Source: Tubulanus polymorphus
Taxonomy: Eukaryota; Animalia; Nemertea
DNA length: 64,000 nucleotides
Direction: 5' to 3'
Assembly: GCF_964204645.1 (NCBI RefSeq)
Contig: NC_134031.1
Location: 13,875,807 to 13,939,806 of the forward strand
Position 1 is the stretch's first letter, and every line of letters begins with the position of its first letter. This document shows positions 1-12,670 of the stretch, piece by piece. The notes beneath the pieces are model-generated. The model worked only from the letters and a program-made list of their open reading frames with translations. It had not been told where the DNA came from and searched no databases. The position numbers and the translations under genes are program-made.

Positions 1-684
1 ACTACCGGTGGCTAAGCTCTATCTTCGTTGACACTAAACTGTGAGGCTCAAATCAGCTCAACGGGGGCGTATCAGTGAGAAAGAAGGGAACAACTTATGA
101 CTTTATATACACAGACTTAATTATCATACACCAAAACTTTTGCGACGCATGCGACTCAAGGTTCTACATACAAAACGTAACGGGAACATATATTTAATCC
201 ACACTGTTTAACGAGGTCATTTCCTTCCACAAAAACGCTACTTATGTACGACGTGTGCATGGCAACAACCTGGACTATACAATCATCAACTTCGGTCGAC
301 CCGCTACCCTGAACAAACTACGCGACCAGACACATACTGGTAGGCCTACTACTATATGCAGCCGGGTATACGCACTACCGTCCGAGCGATACGTCTTACC
401 CTCCTCGTGTCTTGCCACATTAATATCATAGGACGTTGAACATTAAAACAAACGACTTAGAGACACCTATCTCCCTCAGAAACGTATAGGGGACTTGTTT
501 CACTATAGGCACAAAGGAAAGGCCGACTCAACTTACGACGCGTACATATAACATAAACAGGCCCTAACTAATAACGCGCCTATGCGGCGCCACAGCCCGC
601 AGGGCGAACACACGACGATCGAGAGATGACTGTCTGAGCTGGCGAATCGCGCGCCTTTTAATGTGAGATTGCCGAAGTGTCGCG

Positions 685-1697
685 TTTTAGCTAACTTGGT
701 ACTTTAGTCCCAGCGGGCTATTGCGTTCACTTTTCGTCCATCCGAATCCAGTTATTTTGGGAAGTTTTGAAGATGCTTCAAGGTAATGTCTTGATATTTG
801 GTTTATACATGTATCTACCCTAGACACATCTTCAGCCCAAAAACTGGCCCTATCAGAATCAAGATGGGTGACCGGCAGCCATTGTTGTTCGCCGAAATCA
901 GCACTTTTTACACATTTTTGAACTTTTTGAGGGAAATTTTGAAGACGCCTTGATCAATTACCTTGATCTATTTGGTCGTCCTAGGACCTCATAAGTGCCC
1001 AAAAATGTTAATTTTGGCCCGAATATTGAGTCCTGTAGCTTCCTACTGGTTTGCCATTTCTCATTGCAATTGCTAATGGGTATTCTTTTGAAAAGGATGT
1101 TTTATACCTGAGACAGGTATTGTTGATCAGCCAATTATGACGCAATTGGCGGCCATCTTGGTGTCATTAGTACTCATTCGTAGGTGGGAAAAAGTTTTTC
1201 CACATTATATTGATACCTAATCATATTTTGTTACAACAATGAATTGGAAAGTTGTAGCTTATAACTAACGTGTTCTATGATTGTGGTGAGTTTCAAGTTC
1301 ATTTGGGTTTTTGTATATGGCCACCAGGGGGCGTTGAATAATACAATATCTTCAATTGCAAAGTTGTAGCTCATGACATCATCTATGATTGTGGTTAGTT
1401 ATTCTATATGGTCACCAGGGGGCGTTGAATAGTTGAATAACTTAGTATTTCCTTATTATATTGGTACCTAGGCATATTTTGTTACCATGATCAATTGCAA
1501 AGTTGTAGTTCATGATATGTTCTATGATTATGGTGACTTACAAGGTTATTGGGTTTTGAATATGGTCACCAGGGGGCATATTTTGTGATCACAATCAATT
1601 ACAAAATCGTAGCTGCTGACATGTTTTATTATTGTGGTGAGTTTCAAGGTCATTGGTTTTTGTATATGGTCACCAGGGGGTGTTGAATATAGCAAAC
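685..1697 (+). mobile_element. HINE family 1 copy (3'-truncated by the Gypsy LTR)
   Basis: Same 5' hairpin, body and central tandem repeats as the complete copy at 55018-56124. Confidence 0.8.
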
Positions 1698-2115
1698 TAT
1701 AACTTCAGATTTCTTCACCAATGTTCCAGTGTACCTCAAAACTATTTAATATTCACAACTATCCATTCGGAAAATATCAGATTCCAATTTGATTACAAAA
1801 GGAAAACAGTGCTTATCTGAAACGTGACAAAGGAGGACACGGGAATGATTGACAGGGTGACGTCACATTCATAAACAACTCGCACGTGGCATGCGGTCCA
1901 GCGCAACTTGATACTAGATGATACTAAACTCCACAAATCAACACCCCCAAATCCGACCTGAAACACCAGGGGAATGGTCAAGAATGCCACAATTCGCATG
2001 TACATTATCTCGATATCTCGTGACTTCAAAGGCAACTCAAATTATGCCAGCGAGGCTCACTGTATAACTAGATACCGACACAAACTGAAGCACTACGGAC
2101 ACCCAAAATGTTACA
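1698..2115 (-). repeat. Probable 3' LTR of the Gypsy element
   Basis: On the minus strand a polypurine tract GAGGGGGG (2118-2125) precedes TGTAAC at 2115. The repeat ends GTTATA at 1698 (imperfect inverted terminus), where it truncates a HINE copy. Confidence 0.6.
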
Positions 2116-2225
2116 AACCCCCCTCAAGACCTTTACCGGTCGAAAAGGAAGACAACAAAATTTTCAAATACAAATTTTAACTTTTATTCAAGAGATCGCG
2201 CAATATCTACATAGAGTTCAAGTAT

Positions 2226-2930
2226 CTAAAATTTCTCCAACGCCCTTTCGCAGAATTCACATTCCTGGCAGTAATCGAACGTAGCGCCGTCTTGGAAGTG
2301 CACGGTGCCAAACTGGGCATCAGTCTGGACGGACTTGTCAATCTTCAAAATGATGACGGTCCGCGTCACGGTAGTAGTCTTCTTGGCTGGTGCGGGTTTC
2401 TTGACCAGAGCCTGAGGGACGTCCAGAATGCAGGGCTTCGGAAGAAACTGGGATGGCAGTACGGGTACCTTGACCCGCCCCTTCTTACGACTTAACCACT
2501 TCTGCAATCACGTCCTCTAGGTGATTATTAACAGTATCATGTACAGTCGATTCTTTCGTGGGCGCTTCCTTGGTGACGACTTTACCCTAAACGGGAGCGG
2601 GACCAGATTTATTTTTCACTGGAACCTCGGGTGGCTGTCAGGGCCGACCTTCTACCTCTTCGGAGACGGGCTTAAAATCTCTAGTGAGGACAATGAAGAC
2701 AAAGAACTTCACCGCCTCCAGCTTCGCTTGTGTCTGCGACCACGACTTTCGCGCTCTCGTCTGGAGTCTTTGCTCCGACTTCTACGTTCTTTCGAACTGA
2801 AGGACCGTCTTCGTCGAACAAATCTTTTCGTCTTATGCAACCACAGACCCTCTTTCGAGGAAAATTCCTCCTGGCATGCGTAACATATGTGCCTAAAACG
2901 ATAACATAACTTGCATAACGATAACACAAC
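2226..2930 (-). pseudogene. Degenerate accessory ORF between Gypsy integrase and the 3' LTR (C2H2-like finger, RS-rich)
   Basis: HICYACQEEFSSKEGLWLH followed by an R/S-rich stretch. The ORF at 2226-2507 is in the same frame and ends in CQECEFC. AATAAA follows at ~2182-2187 (minus). Confidence 0.45.
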
Positions 2931-3079
2931 ACACTACTTATGACACGCTATAACTACTACAGTGGAGCTGTCCATTTATTCGGCCCATGCACTGTACCTC
3001 TGAGGGTGACGTACTCGCCTATTCAACTTCTTCTCGAGGGGAATTTCCCAAACGAGGCAAATCCCTACCATCCTCTGCC

Positions 3080-5160
3080 CTAACGCCTTTACAGTGCGGC
3101 TTCAACCGATTGAAGTAAACGACTTTGACTGTCCCATTTGGCAAGGATATACGGTAAATAACCTCGCTCAATACGTCTAGGACCCTACATGGCCTGACCC
3201 AATGCCTTCACAACTTTGGTGATTTTCCTTCAGTAACTGCTGGTGAGTGGAGCCAGACCTCGTCCCCTGTCTTGTATGACGAACCATTACATTTCCTATT
3301 GTACTGTCTTTTCCTGTACACTATATGACACTTCATGTGCATCCTCACTCTCTCATAAGCCAAAAGCAATCGCTCTCGAAGCTCCTTAGCATGCAAATTT
3401 TTCTCCTGGAGTGGAAGCAATGGTCGACCTGACTGCAGGTCCAAAGGTATATGGACTTCTCGACCAAACATAAGGAAGTTTGGGGTAAATCCAGATGCAT
3501 CGTGTCGTGAGACTCTATAAGCCATCGTAACAAAGGGTAACTCGAGGTCCCAGTCATCCTGGCTTGATTCAACTACGAGCATTAACTCCGACAACAGGGT
3601 ACGATGAAACCTTTCTACGAGACCGTCAGACTGTAAGTGGTAAGCTGTAGTGCGAGTTTGCTGAATCGCCAGCAACTTGCACACTTCTCTAAACAACTTC
3701 GACATAAAGTTGCTCCCTTGATCCGAGTGCAGAAACTCCAGAATACATAGTCGGGCGAAGAACTCCTGTGTCAACAAATCGGCAACGGTTGACGCCTCGT
3801 TATTGGGAATAGGGAAGGCCTCCACCCACTTGGTGAAGTAATCGGCTACTACCAACATGGCCACATTCCCACATAGAACATAGGAGACATATTTCATATT
3901 GGAGGCAGGATAACATGTTCTCCATCTGCCGCTCGAAGGTGGAGCTGGCATTACCCTGGCCAAACGGCATCTTACGAAACTGGAAGAAACCACCGCGGAC
4001 GACAAACTCCAACTTTTCTTTTGCATCGTCATCCATTTCTACCTGCCAATTACTGCTGGCCATGTCCATGATGCAGAAGTTCTTGGTGCCATACAAGGAT
4101 TGCAAAGAGTCGTCGAAGCGAGGTACAGGATAAGCATATTTAACGGTCACTTCGTTCAAACGACGATAATCAATTCAATACCGCATTGGCCCATCCTTCT
4201 TAGTCACCAGCAGGATAGGACTGGCCCAAGGGCTACAAAACGGCTCGACTGCTCCTTTCTCTAGCATATCCTTGAGGTGCTTGTCGGCAACCTCCTGCTC
4301 GGCAAGAGGTAACCTACGAGGTCTCTGCCTGACAGGATGAGCATTGCCAGTGTCTATAGTGTGCTTCACACCTTTCGCACAACCTAGGTCCATATCTGCT
4401 TGTACAAATGTATCAGCATACTCAGTCAAGTCTGACCTTTCGGATTTTGGCTCTATCCTGGGAACCGCAGCCCTCACAACTTCTCAAAGGCACAAACTGC
4501 ACAACTCTTAACAGGAGCAAGTATACCTAGAACCCATCCTTGATATACGGTGATAGGATGTTCGGAAGAATCCAACAATCATACAGGAAAACTCATGCCT
4601 TCGGTGTCTATCACACACTTTCCAACAAGGAGATCACTGCTGACATGTCTCGAAGGACACGCTTCGACTACACCCCATTTGCTATTAACCAACAGATCAA
4701 TGGCCAATGTGGAAATGATCATTTCACTACGAGCAGGAATCACCGTCCTGGACGACGCTGCAACCAGGTCATCGTCTGAGTCTTCGTTGAATCTACGGGA
4801 GTGAAATATCTGACCATTCTTGAACACGATATAAGGTCTCTTGGGGAATATCTTCACACTCAAAATAAGAAAGGAAAGCCATACCAAGATTTACCTCATT
4901 GACATCTGCCACAACGAAATATCACGACATCGGTTGTTGAAACAATACAAACTCAGCTTCAGCCTGACCAATTACGGGCATAAGCTTGTGACTAGCAGAG
5001 ATTAACTGCTCAAACATCCGACAAGGGATACACATATGAACTAAGCTCCTTATTACACTTAACGCTCATGATGGAAGTAACTGCTACAGTGTCTACTGGA
5101 CACTGAAGAGTCCGTGACCCATCTTCATAGGTATCCATATTCACCTAACTGATGATTCCC
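3080..5160 (-). pseudogene. Decayed Gypsy/Ty3 pol (protease, partial RT, integrase; YxDD-RNase H region deleted)
   Basis: Protease-like PVDTVA near 5090. RT motifs HTIDTG, SPWASPILLV, YPVPR, MPFG. Integrase motifs DYFTKWVEAFPI, LHSDQGSNF, TTAYHLQSDGLVERF, TPNFLMFGRE. Multiple frameshifts and stops. Confidence 0.92.
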
Positions 5161-6368
5161 TACTAAATTTGTCATTGGTTCAGTCTTCTGAAGCTGGGAG
5201 GTGCGGGAACTCAGCAGAACTTACTCCCTCTTGCCCTGCTGTGTGGCGTTTCCCTGTTCCAGGGTAAAAAATCACCAATTTCCCCTGAGATAGGATAATA
5301 CATCAGGATTTCTCTGTATGACTACTGCTTATTCAGAGAAAAGACATTAACAGGACTTATCCAACAGGAACTCAACCACAGAAATGTCATTTCAGTGCTC
5401 AGTGATTACAACAAAGTTAAATTCCAATATATGAAATAAACTAAATATCTCTTAAATAACACTAATACTACACATTTCTCAAAAAACACAATTTATTATA
5501 AAAACATCTTTTTGACAGTCAACATCCCACCCCCTTTATTTCGACTCTCTGCGAAATAACTAATTAATCAATCCATCTTCAAGATGGTGCAGAGTTTATG
5601 TATTGCTCTATGCAGAACAGACATTTCAGTCTTTACTTCACAGCTTTTGACCAATCCATTCTTGTCACTTATGACCTTTCCCAACAGCCATGCACTTCTT
5701 GGACCATCATCCACAATGAGAACGATGTCCCCTACCGCTGGATTGTGCTCTGGCTGTTGCCATTTTTGTCTTTGTTGAAGTAGAGGCAAATACTCTCTAA
5801 TCCAGCGTTTCCAGAATATATCAGTCAGATATTGTACATGTCTCCATCGTCCTAAGCATAGTTGTAATCTTTGTTGATTATACCTGGTGGTAAATTGCTG
5901 TCCAATTTCAAAAGTAGTAAGTCATTTGGTGATAACGGTTTCCAGTCGAACGGATCACTTGACACCTTGGTCAGTGGTCTGCTGTTTATGATCGCTTCTA
6001 CTTCGCAGTATCATGCTTTCCCATACACCACCATAATGTGATGCAGCTGGTGGATTGAATTTCTAATCAATTCCAATATGAGCGAGATTTTCTTAATTTT
6101 TCGACACGTTCCAGTTTTTGGTTTACCTTTGTCAGCGCTACTAAAATAATTATGGGAAAGCCATAGAATGGCGTACGTTTCATTGGACTAGGTGCTGTAT
6201 ACGTGCCGATTTCAAATTCTCATTGCTGGTGAGGATGTAATTATTTCACTCATCTGCCATAGGTATCGTTTTATCATTTTAATACCCAGTGATTGTTTTG
6301 ATTGACATTGAGGTGTAAGGGAATATTCACTTACACGAGGCCTCCACATGCACGTGGAGTGCTACACC

Positions 6369-6392
6369 ACACACACACACACACACACACAC
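6369..6392. repeat. (AC)n microsatellite
   Basis: Seen directly. Confidence 0.9.
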
Positions 6393-6735
6393 AAACAAAA
6401 GTTTCTACAGTACACTACTAAGGGTGATGCTGTAACGCGTGCACGTTTGACATGAAAATAGGCTGAATAATCGTAGCAGAAGATGAGCGCTGTGTTTTCT
6501 GTTCGATAGAATTTGTAATAAATTGTTAATTCTTGTAACCTGAAAATACTAAGCAGTAAACTATAAGGTCCGTCGAGGTCTGAATATTGTAGTGGTAAAT
6601 TCCAGGATTTAAAACGATCTAATGGCCGATTTCTTCTGTACCGGTATTTTAGCTTCCGTGGCCAACATTGGAAGAGGTAAATATATAGACCCAATATTCA
6701 GCCACCCTCTGATATGTGACATCATATGAATTTTA

Positions 6736-7303
6736 GGCCATCCCCAAATAATGGTCTGTTTGCCGTAACCCGACAAACCCGACTTCAAAAGTACGGAGTG
6801 AAAACTTTTTTCTGTGATTCATTGAAATAAATTTTATTTTTGATAAAAACGGCCAACAGACTATACTGCCGACTATGAGCTACATATGTTTGAATTCAAG
6901 TGTGCATCGTGAAAAAACATGCCTTGACATGGAGTTTCCAGGAAACTGGCAGTGTTCCAATAAGCTGCCATTCATTCTGACTATAGCTGACTTTATTAAA
7001 GTTGGTAACGTAAAGGCGCGCACTTATTCAATGTACTGTTTCATTTTTAACACAGAGATGACGCTCTGGACGAAGTTATAATTTTAGAATAATTCTTGAA
7101 ATCTACGCTAAATTAGACAAATTTCCCGTGCACAACATAGATGATTTTTGCGATATTGTCTCCATGTAAAAAAGCCCAAAGGTGAAAAATTTGTTTTTTT
7201 TTGCCCAAATATTTTACAAAAAAAAAAATTCTACCTACCTACCGACTCATCCTGAAAAGTTAAGTCGGTGTTGCGGCAAACAGACAATTATTTTGGGATG
7301 GCC
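6736..7303. mobile_element. PIF/Harbinger (Tourist-like) MITE
   Basis: ~40-bp TIRs GGCCATCCC.../...GGGATGGCC and TTA target duplication. The empty site GAATTTTATTTG is visible in the paralogous repeat at ~53646. Confidence 0.88.
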
Positions 7304-9325
7304 TTATTTGAATATTTTTTCATATTGTGAAACATAATTTTTTGAAAATATAAAGTAGATTCCCTGCCACGCCTACCTGTACCCTACAAAATTTTGGACG
7401 TGGACCGTAAACAAATGTATATCTTTGGTCTTATTTGACTACAAAATAATTCTTTAAGAAAGATAAAATACAATATAAACTTGTGGAACTTTGAAGTCAC
7501 GAATAAAAACGATTTTTCAAGCAATGCCTATATTCCAAACAAATTCTAGCTTTCGAGGTAAACCACACTTTCCCAATGGGCAATTTATCTATTTCCTCCT
7601 TCAGTTCTCTTTGAGCCCCAACCAAATTGGTGCCATTGTCAGATCGCATCTTCTTTACGTTTCCACGTCGAATAATTTCCTCATAACGCTTGTCTTAGTG
7701 AGGGGTTTACCATTCTTGATGGCTGCATACCCGACTGGGAATGATTGTTTCTGTATTGTTTCTTCAACGAGTATGAAATCTGTTGCTTCATCCAAAGTCT
7801 GTTTGTCCAGACTTGTAAAATCTTCAGTTTTATCCGGTTTGGATAAAAGTCCCTTTTGTTCTCGTTCTATTTTCCATTTCAGAAATTTCTTAACCAGTAG
7901 CAATCGTCCAGCAAGCCGTTGTAATTTATTCCAGCATGACGTGCCTGCTGCCAACTGGTCAACGATTGATGTAGGTGAAGTAACTGCCGCACTTGATATT
8001 ACCTTCTTTAATTCAGAATCCTCTGTCGGCCGAATTTTGATTTTGTTTTGCTTTGGCCATTCTGCTTCATCTTTCCATAAAAATTTGGGACCATTGAACC
8101 ACATAGCTCTCTCGGATTCATTTTGCAAATCAAGAACTCTTGATGCATACTCAATTCTGTCTTTACATATTTCCAGTTTTCAATATTTGAACCATCTCTG
8201 ATGAGAGTTATCCTATTTGCCACAAATGTCTTGAATCTTGTAGCTTCATTATTGATATATCGGAGTACAGTCATACTATCTGTCCAGAAATAGCTCTGTC
8301 TTCATTTCCAATTCTTGTATCAACATTCTGTCAATTTTTTACTGATATTAAGGTTGCAGTAAGCTCTAATCTTGGCATAGTTATTTTTCGCAGCCGCACC
8401 ACACGTGACCTCCCTAGTATCAAGCTACAGTGAATTTCTCCCTTTTCTGTTATCAGACGTAGATATGTAGCTATACCATAACCCATTTTGCTTGCATCGG
8501 AGAAGTGATGCAACTGTTTGCTGACAATAGACCCAAAGTCTTTTGATTTTACATAACGTGGAACGCTGACTTGCAGTAAATCTGGTATTCCCATCTGCCA
8601 GCGTCGCCATCCTTGGAGCAATTCACCCGATGCTTCTATGCCCCAATCTAGGCCTAAACGACATATCTCTTATAGAATTATTTTAGCCGACATAATGCAT
8701 GGTGACAACAAGCCGAGAGCATCGAAGAATGAGCTAGTCAAGGAAAGTATACCTCGCTGGGTTGGTGGTTTATCGGTGGCTGACATGCTGAAACCAAATT
8801 CGTCACTTTCTAGGTACCAGTTCACACCAAGACACCAAGAAATTTGGTGTTCTTAAATGTGTTTTCCTGCATTTCAAAGGGTCCATTCTAGGAGAAAAAG
8901 AAGTCAATATTTAGACTGCATTTTGTAACCTTAGGGTCCAGGAAGGTGCCACAGATAGGGAAAAAACAAGCACATAAAATTTGAGTTTCATACACATCAT
9001 CTTTATATTTATACTCTACTCTCGTAATTGCACAATAATTTGTCAGGTTTTATTGCATTTCCTTTCCTCTGATAGAATTTTCAAATTTTAAAAACTAAGT
9101 TAAACTATTACAGCATTTCTTACAAAATAAAGTCTTAAGGTCATAAATTATGTAGGTACAAATTTTTACAAGCCTCTCATGAAAAGATGTATCCTCAATG
9201 GATACGATTGTCAATGAAAATCTTCAGTTTCACAAGCTTATCTCTTATTCATGCCCGTACCCAAGGGGTTGCGTTGCCTATATACTTGATTTACAACATA
9301 GAATACACATCTTATACAGGTATGT

Positions 9326-11220
9326 TTAAACTGAATACAATACAGAACCACAGTTAATACGGCGCTTTTTTTCTGTAGTGATAAATGTACTAACAATTTG
9401 GGCAATATCAATACGGATTGAATGATGCAAATGCATCAATGCCAACGATGAAAGTCTATCCTCATTCATGGTACTGCGTAGGAAGGTTTTCATACGACGA
9501 ACGTTCTGCTGAAGCACTGCCAACTGGGATGACGCAGCCAATTGAAAGCAGTATGTGAATGTTTGGAAATATGGCTCTGTTACATGCCCAAGATTTTATC
9601 ATGTTCTGTGGTACAGTGTTCATTTTGAACTTTTCCTTTCACCACAAAAATCTTTTACTCTTTCAGTGAACGGCTTCTGGCAACCTGAAATTCCCCAAAC
9701 AATTCTATCAGACCACAACCTAATCCAATGGTGCAGTTCAGTGACTAACTGCTTGGGTGAGGGAAGATCTTCACACCAGAAGTCTTTTTGCGAGATCATC
9801 TACTTCACATTTGACTACTAGCTTTGGGATTAATTCAAACAAGGCATACAGCTTCCGACAATCCTCGAAAAATCGAGAGTCCATTTCGTTTGTGACGTGA
9901 TCTATAAACGGGATGGAAACAGCATTTCTGAAACTTTTCAGGAGATGAACACTGAGGCTTCATCAAACCACTTTTTGAATTGTATCGTTATGTTGGTCCG
10001 AATGTGGTTAAGCTCTTTCATAACGTCATCTATCAAAAGAGATGCTTCGTAACAGTCAAGATCACCGAGTTGCAGAATTGACGCTATAGGTTTTATCGGT
10101 TCGAGGCATTCCTTCACAGTTTTCAAACAAACAATAAACTGAAATGACTTGAGTGTAGCCAGTAGACCTTGAGCTTTGACTTTTGTTTCTAAATCCCATG
10201 ACCAAACTTCACCTGCATATAAATCTTCATACACCGATGGAAACAACATAGCGTCAAAACAAGTTGCTAGCAAGTTTCATAGCAAGCGTGGCGTTCCACC
10301 CAACGGGTTTTACAGAGACCCATGAGCTTTTGTTTTTTACCTTCCCACTTCAGTTTAGGCAGAATATCTTCCAGAAACTTCTGATGCTTTGGTGAATTGC
10401 TGAAGAATAGTTAAGTTTCATTAACTGAATCAATCATGTTCCTAATAGCTGGTAATCTACAAGCAGCTGCAATAGCCAAATTCAGTCTATGGCTTCCACA
10501 ATGCACATACAGTGCGGGGTATTGCTTTAATTAAGCCATGTACTCCTCTCACAGCTGAAGACATTGCAGAGGCACCATCGTATGATTGGCCACGTAAATA
10601 CTTGATGGCAAGTCCATTAGATTTAAGAATGTCCAGTCATCACAATGACCTCGTAATGCCAAATTTTGTCGACCGCAATAGAGAACTGCTTCAACTATGC
10701 AATTCAGTATGTGTAGATTCTTTTCAAACAGTTCTTGTCGTTGTTGGTTGACTAAATAATCAATTTGCTGCCATGGTCTGTTCAAACTTTCTAATGCATC
10801 ATGGGCTCAAGACAAAGCCTCTTTGTGGAATTCTGCTGAGTCATGACAATCGAGGATGCCATAATCTTTGCCCTTTGCTTTCTTATAATGGGTGAAGGGC
10901 TTGCTAACTAATTGCTCTAGTCTCTAAATTGTTATTACATTTACGGAAAAATACACAGCACTTACAAAATCCCCCCTCAGAACAGGACCACGACGAAAAT
11001 ATAGCTTTTTTTCAGATTACCCGCTTTTGAGGATTTGAAAACTGTAGTTGTCAAAGTCTTTTGGCGGTACATAGTGTTCTTGTAAATATGTACAATGTTC
11101 GGTGTTGTCCAGATTACTGACGTCAATATTTTCTGCTATAATTTCCCCAAAATCATAGCGTTTGGCATCTAGTTTACGTACACATGGAAGTGGTTCTGAA
11201 ATGTAAAACAAATACCTCAA
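9326..11220 (-). pseudogene. Decayed hAT transposase (THAP12/PRKRIR, ZMYM1-like group) with internal deletion
   Basis: Motifs FCKCCVFF, LYCGRQNLALRGH, RGQSYDGASAM, YVHCGSHRLNL, LCKTRWVERH, and dimerization motif RRMKTFLRSTMNEDRLSSLALMHLH. Frameshifted. Confidence 0.9.
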
Positions 11221-11264
11221 TAAGTTTGGTCACATTTCGATTGTCAATCATCATCCTATCAAGC

Positions 11265-11765
11265 ACTCTATTATCAGAGGAAAGTCGACATAAAGAACAT
11301 ACCTAAGTTATTTGTAACGGTTGACTGAGATTCAGCGTTGTCGGAGGAAGGGTCTACTAAATCAGCAATTTCATCCAGATTTACTGCAAAAGGATCCGGG
11401 ACCGGCACTGAAAATCAGTCAACATGGTTTCTATGAGGAACTTCACTCTCTGCTTGTATACCGTAATAGAAAAACTTTTAAATATTCAATGATTTTATTT
11501 TGAAATACAAGCAATCATCCTATAAATTATTCTAATATCGGAGGAAAGTCGACATACCTAAGTTATTTGTAACGGTTGACTGAGATTCAGCGTTGTCGGA
11601 GGATGAGTCTACTAAATTAGCATTTTCATCCAGGTATACTGCAGATGGATCTGGCACCGGCACTGAAAATCAATGAACATGGTTTCTATGATGACCTTCA
11701 CTCTCTTAACTTTTAGAATAGTTGAAATACTTTCAAATATTTTCAATGATTTATACTTTTGAAAA
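11265..11765. repeat. Tandem duplication (~260 bp units) upstream of the hAT ORF
   Basis: GAGGAAAGTCGACATA...CAATGATTT occurs at ~11277-11500 and ~11541-11755. Confidence 0.8.
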
Positions 11766-12578
11766 ATGTTATTGTACTTTCATGCCCTTCATACCTGAAC
11801 ACTCGGTATCATTTAACAACAAATCAACAGTTTCTGATAATGGACGCAAATTAGTTTCCGCACCAGAACAGGCAGTTTTTTACTTTCCAACACTAAAATG
11901 AAAGCAATGAAAGCAAAAGATGAATTTTATCGTACAAATGCACTTTTTCTTTACTTTCTATGGACACTAGGCCTAGGTGCCACGTCATAAAAAATTAAAT
12001 GGATAGGTGCCCTACACAAAGTTTTCATCGTATGTAAGCTATAATATTGTGCCCTTTTTATCAACTTTTGCACACCAGAATTGATATTTTCTAATTTGAT
12101 TCCCTCCGGATGACTAATAACGCACCCATGCGGCGCCACACCCCGCAGTGCAAACACGATGAAACTTGACCATTTAGATCTTGGACGTGACCCCACAATG
12201 GTTGAGAGATGACTGAGTCGGCGAATCGCGCGCCTTTTAATGCCAGATTGTCGATTGCAGAGTGTCTCGTCACGCTTTTTGTTGATTTTGCGCTGCGTGA
12301 GTGCCTGTGCTCAGTTCGGACTTTCAAAGTGCTCCAAATTCCTCATTTCTTCACCAATTTCTTTCAAGTAAATATTTCCTGAAAGCTTCTTTCTGGGGTT
12401 AACATAAAATAATAGGAACCATCAGAAAAATTCTTCCTCATATCGGGGTTATTCCTCTGATAATCCACTCAAATAAAGAAATATGACCGGTATTTATGAA
12501 AATATCAATAACTGCAAAATTTCTGGAATAGCAGATGGAAAAATAGTAATCCTCAAAATAGAGCTATATTCCATATAG

Positions 12579-12580
<2 letters not shown>

Positions 12581-12667
<87 letters not shown>
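12581..12667. repeat. (AT)n microsatellite
   Basis: About 43 perfect AT units. Confidence 0.97.

Positions 12668-12670
<3 letters not shown>

Larger units (their letters stand above)
6143..7588. mobile_element. Interspersed non-autonomous repeat (~870 bp plus nested MITE) inserted in the BEL integrase
   Basis: Collinear similarity to 53050-53918. Splits the BEL integrase between ...EEID and KNWN.... Short inverted TGGGAAAG/CTTTCCCA near the ends. Confidence 0.8.
5290..8835 (-). mobile_element. Decayed BEL/Pao LTR retrotransposon (pol 3' half plus start of 3' LTR), interrupted by insertions
   Basis: Pao motifs LGVNWY, QLHHFSDAS, TMPRLEL, YFWTDSMTVL, FVANRI, WFNGPKFL (7655-8830). Integrase motifs RSDNGTNLVGA (~7620-7655), [41 protein letters not shown] (5568-6110). 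Polypurine tract AAAGGGGGTGGGA followed by TGTT at 5524. The left boundary is approximate. Confidence 0.92.

Noticed and set aside
3208-4159. Apparent RT-integrase fusion lacking RNase H as a novel element type
   Set aside because: The junction (~3860-3880) also removes the YxDD motif and the integrase zinc finger. It is a deletion in a dead copy.
7491-8201. 236-aa plus-strand ORF
   Set aside because: Antisense to BEL/Pao pol, crosses an insertion boundary, and has no recognisable motif.
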